DNA of 64,000 nucleotides from Macrostomum hystrix (Eukaryota; Animalia; Platyhelminthes): NCBI GenBank assembly GCA_950097015.1, contig CATNEN010000002.1, positions 7,688,001 to 7,752,000 of the forward strand, read 5' to 3'. Shown piece by piece: positions 61,244 to 64,000 of this stretch (position 1 is its first letter; each line of letters starts with the position of its first letter). The notes under the pieces were generated by a model. It saw only the letters and a program-made list of their open reading frames with translations, ran no database searches and was not told where the DNA came from. The position numbers and the translations under genes were made by a program.

Positions 61244-62446
61244 TATAGCTGCAAGTTGGCAGCGAGGGGTGACTAATGACAGAGTTACATTCGGACCAGT
61301 TTAGAAGCCTTAGTAAAAAGCTGAAAAAATGTTATTTATAACAATTTCTCCCTAGGTATTATTAGTGCTCCTCAGAAAACAGGCCATTCCTTTTTATTGG
61401 CCATGTAAAGTGTCATTTTTATTCATTTCATTTCAATTTTGTTTTTATGCACTCGTGCCATGTAAGACATAAAAAGGTTTTCACTTTAAGTAAATGACCA
61501 TAAACAGCAACTAACTCAATACAACTTATATATAACAATAACAATACAACTTATATATAACTTATAAACTTATAAAAAATTATACATTTATTTTTAGTAT
61601 TTGGCCTTTTGCAAAAAAGAAAACTATTTTTATATAGCAGTATAGTCAATATAACTACATTGTTGCACAATCAAGTATAATAATAGTATAAAACATTATT
61701 CTTAAAAGTATTTTTATTAATAATATGTTACTTTTATTTTTAAATTTGACTTCTGACAGGTTCATAAATAAGGAAGGAGTACAAAGAAATTTTATAATCG
61801 ACTGTTATTTGCTTTTTGCAGTATTACATAAGATTAAGAATTTACTTGTATTTTTTATTGTATTTGTATTGTATTTATATTGTATTTATTCCTTTCCAAA
61901 TTAAATTAAGCAAAGGCTTCGATGGCCGGGCCGATGCCACAATTCCACTGCCGCCAAAGCCTAATTTTCAAAAATACTTACATTTACAGCTAAGTTATGT
62001 CTTATGCAAAGGACAACGAAGTTTCTAGGTTGAGATAGGACAAGTTCCTTTAAAATAGCCTAATATGTCCTTAAACAACTCCCTGAGACTGAGTCTCAAG
62101 TTAAGAATTTAATAGTTTAGTCAGTCAGATTTTTACAAATGAAATTATTAACACGCACGCTTTATCTGAATACTTTTTATTAGCTTGAAAGGAACAAAAT
62201 TATGGTAAAATCTAGTTTTAACATATACACATTTTTACTTTTGTTAGAATCTATCTCAGTATTATCAGAATTAAATAGATTTGTTAAGATGTGTATCTAA
62301 TAAGGTAGAATTTTTAACTTAAGAGAGTTCGTTGTTTTTAGTCACTTCAAGAGCTTGCCTGACATGAACCATGATATATAAGCCCTACTCTCATTTATAT
62401 GTTACGTTTCTATCGCGATATTCACAATCTCTAGTATTTTTTTACT

Positions 62447-62492
62447 TATATATATATATATATATATATAACTTCATATATATATATATATA
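62447..62492. repeat. Interrupted (TA)n microsatellite
   Basis: Two TA runs separated by ACTTC. Confidence 0.85.
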
Positions 62493-62945
62493 ATTCTACA
62501 GACTTTGATAGTTAGGACCTATCAATAGCATTCAATACATTAATAGCACTCAATAGCATTTTTATAATTATTTTACAGCCTTTTTATTTCTTTTATATAT
62601 CTAATTTGTTCATAGATAGCTTTGTTTAAAATAATTTAATTCGATAAGCCAAAAAGGCTATCTATGCAATGATTTGTTTTGTTCAGTCTAATTTTTTTAC
62701 CCATGAATAAATAATCCAATCTTCACATTCAAGCACTAGGTGACTGTCATTTCACTGCTTGCTATCCAAACTCTTATGGATCAATCAGGTGTTAGGATTC
62801 CTTCTTTCTTCGACGTCACAAACTATCTCAGCGCCTGGATACTAAGTAGAAAGACGAAAGTCGCACCCTCAACCTTTAATTGTTGCAGCTCAACCATCCC
62901 TATCCAACATAGCTAAATAGTCCCAGCAGCAGAAGCACTCCCGCT

Positions 62946-63333
62946 ATGAAGTACGTTCGCTCAAATTTGGACGAAGAAAGCGAGGCCGGGGCGAGCACGA
63001 GCAGCATTGGCGGCAGTGGCATTGGCGGCATTGGCCCAGCCAACGAAGCCTTCCAGAATGTGCCGACAGTGTCGGTGCCCAGATCCAGGTCGAGCCGTTT
63101 CAACAGAATTCGCGGCTACCTGCGGCAGAGGAACTACCTGGAGAAGTTCCTGTTCATGGCTGTGTGCATCCTGGCTCTGGTTGTGTTAGCCCTGTCTACA
63201 TTTCTCTACAATGTCCACTGCAGCCCAGCCTGGCATCACCTGCCCTACCAAGTGCAGTATCGCAAGGTGGTTTTGCCTGGAACAGTCGAACCGGGCCAAA
63301 ATCTTAGCAGTGAGTACTTCCCCTCTGCCTGCG
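62946..63333 (+). CDS. M13 neprilysin/ECE-like peptidase, coding exon 1 (cytoplasmic tail plus type II TM)
   Basis: ATG with upstream in-frame stop; TM FLFMAVCILALVVLALSTFLY; G|GTGAGT donor (phase 1); 48-bp intron with CTAAC. Confidence 0.8.
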
Positions 63334-63381
63334 GTGAGTAGCATGGTCAATTGCTCATTATTCTAACTGCTCATGCTCCAG

Positions 63382-63585
63382 ACGTGTGCATGCACCCGGT
63401 GTGCATCAGCCTGAGCGCCCGGATTCTGTCCTACATGAATGAGCAGGCCAAGCCGTGCGAGGATTTCTATGAGTTCGCTTGCGGCTCGTTTCGGAAACGG
63501 GTGGCCATCCCGCCCGGCATGCAGCAGGTCACTTCCTTCAGCCTGCAGTCTGAGACCAACGAAATCCTGCTGCGCAGCATTCTAG
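63382..63585 (+). CDS. M13 neprilysin/ECE-like peptidase, coding exon 2 (gene continues beyond the window)
   Basis: CMHPVCISLSARILSYMNEQAKPCEDFYEFACG is the conserved M13 N-terminal Cys motif; CAG acceptor and G|GTGAGC donor. Confidence 0.9.
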
Positions 63586-63600
63586 GTGAGCTGAGGAGCG

Positions 63601-63714
63601 GAGGTTCTGAGCTCGACTCCGCGGCGAGGCCACATTTATATGGGGCGCAGCCGTGGAGATAAGGCTTGGTGGCTTGTCATGCAATCTATGCCCTTGAGGG
63701 CCAAGCTCCAAGGC
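63601..63714 (+). mobile_element. 5'-truncated copy of the 52595 SINE family in M13 intron 2
   Basis: Shares GGGGCGCAGCCG...AAGGCTTGGTG...GCCCTTGAGGGCCAA.CTCCAAGGC with 52680-52753. Confidence 0.7.
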
Positions 63715-63889
63715 ACTGTGAAAGTGTACCCTGCCTGACAATGAGAAAGTCAGGGCAGATGTACACACCTGTGTGAGCGTGTGCTCAGGAGTCAGCGAAA
63801 TGGGCAGAATTGTCTCCTCGCTGGCTGCAGGTGTAGTGTCACCAAATAATGTGCCAGCCCTCCTGCAACTATGATAATTTTTTTTATAT

Positions 63890-64000
63890 TCAGTGTTCTG
63901 AAGTGTTCAGTGTTCTGAAGTGTTCAGTGTTCTGAAGTATTCAGTGTTCTGAAGTATTCAGTGTTCTGAAGTGTTCAGTGTTCTGAAGTATTCAGTGTTC
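63890..64000. repeat. 17-bp minisatellite (TTCAGTGTTCTGAAGTG/A), runs off the window
   Basis: About 6.5 units, each with the dyad TTCAG-TGTT-CTGAA. Confidence 0.9.

Overview
Eukaryotic, intron-containing and very rich in satellites. GC-rich exons separated by minisatellite-filled introns resemble a Macrostomum-type flatworm genome; this is inference from composition only. Four host genes are supported. These are a six-exon divergent Nuclear Factor I-like transcription factor (3162-17712, +, 933 aa), a small single-pass membrane protein ending in EYFV (53428-54015, +), a three-exon NUDT19-like Nudix hydrolase (59472-61243, -) and the first two coding exons of an M13 neprilysin/ECE-like peptidase (62946-63585, +). 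The dominant structure is a single 23.4-kb Ty3/Gypsy LTR retrotransposon (28679-52091, -). It has two identical 177-bp LTRs, a 5-bp TSD (AGTCT), PBS, PPT and an uninterrupted 1310-aa gag-pol, and it sits inside a 26-bp satellite. Its 3' UTR holds an 18.65-kb head-to-tail, co-oriented train of about 24 non-autonomous Helitron units (29248-47900) with three different 3'-end types, several carrying their own minisatellites. The window also has a 2.3-kb solo-LTR-like insert with a 4-bp TSD in a 32-bp satellite, two tRNA-derived SINE families and more than a dozen tandem-repeat arrays. Most long ORFs in the supplied track are artefacts of these arrays.
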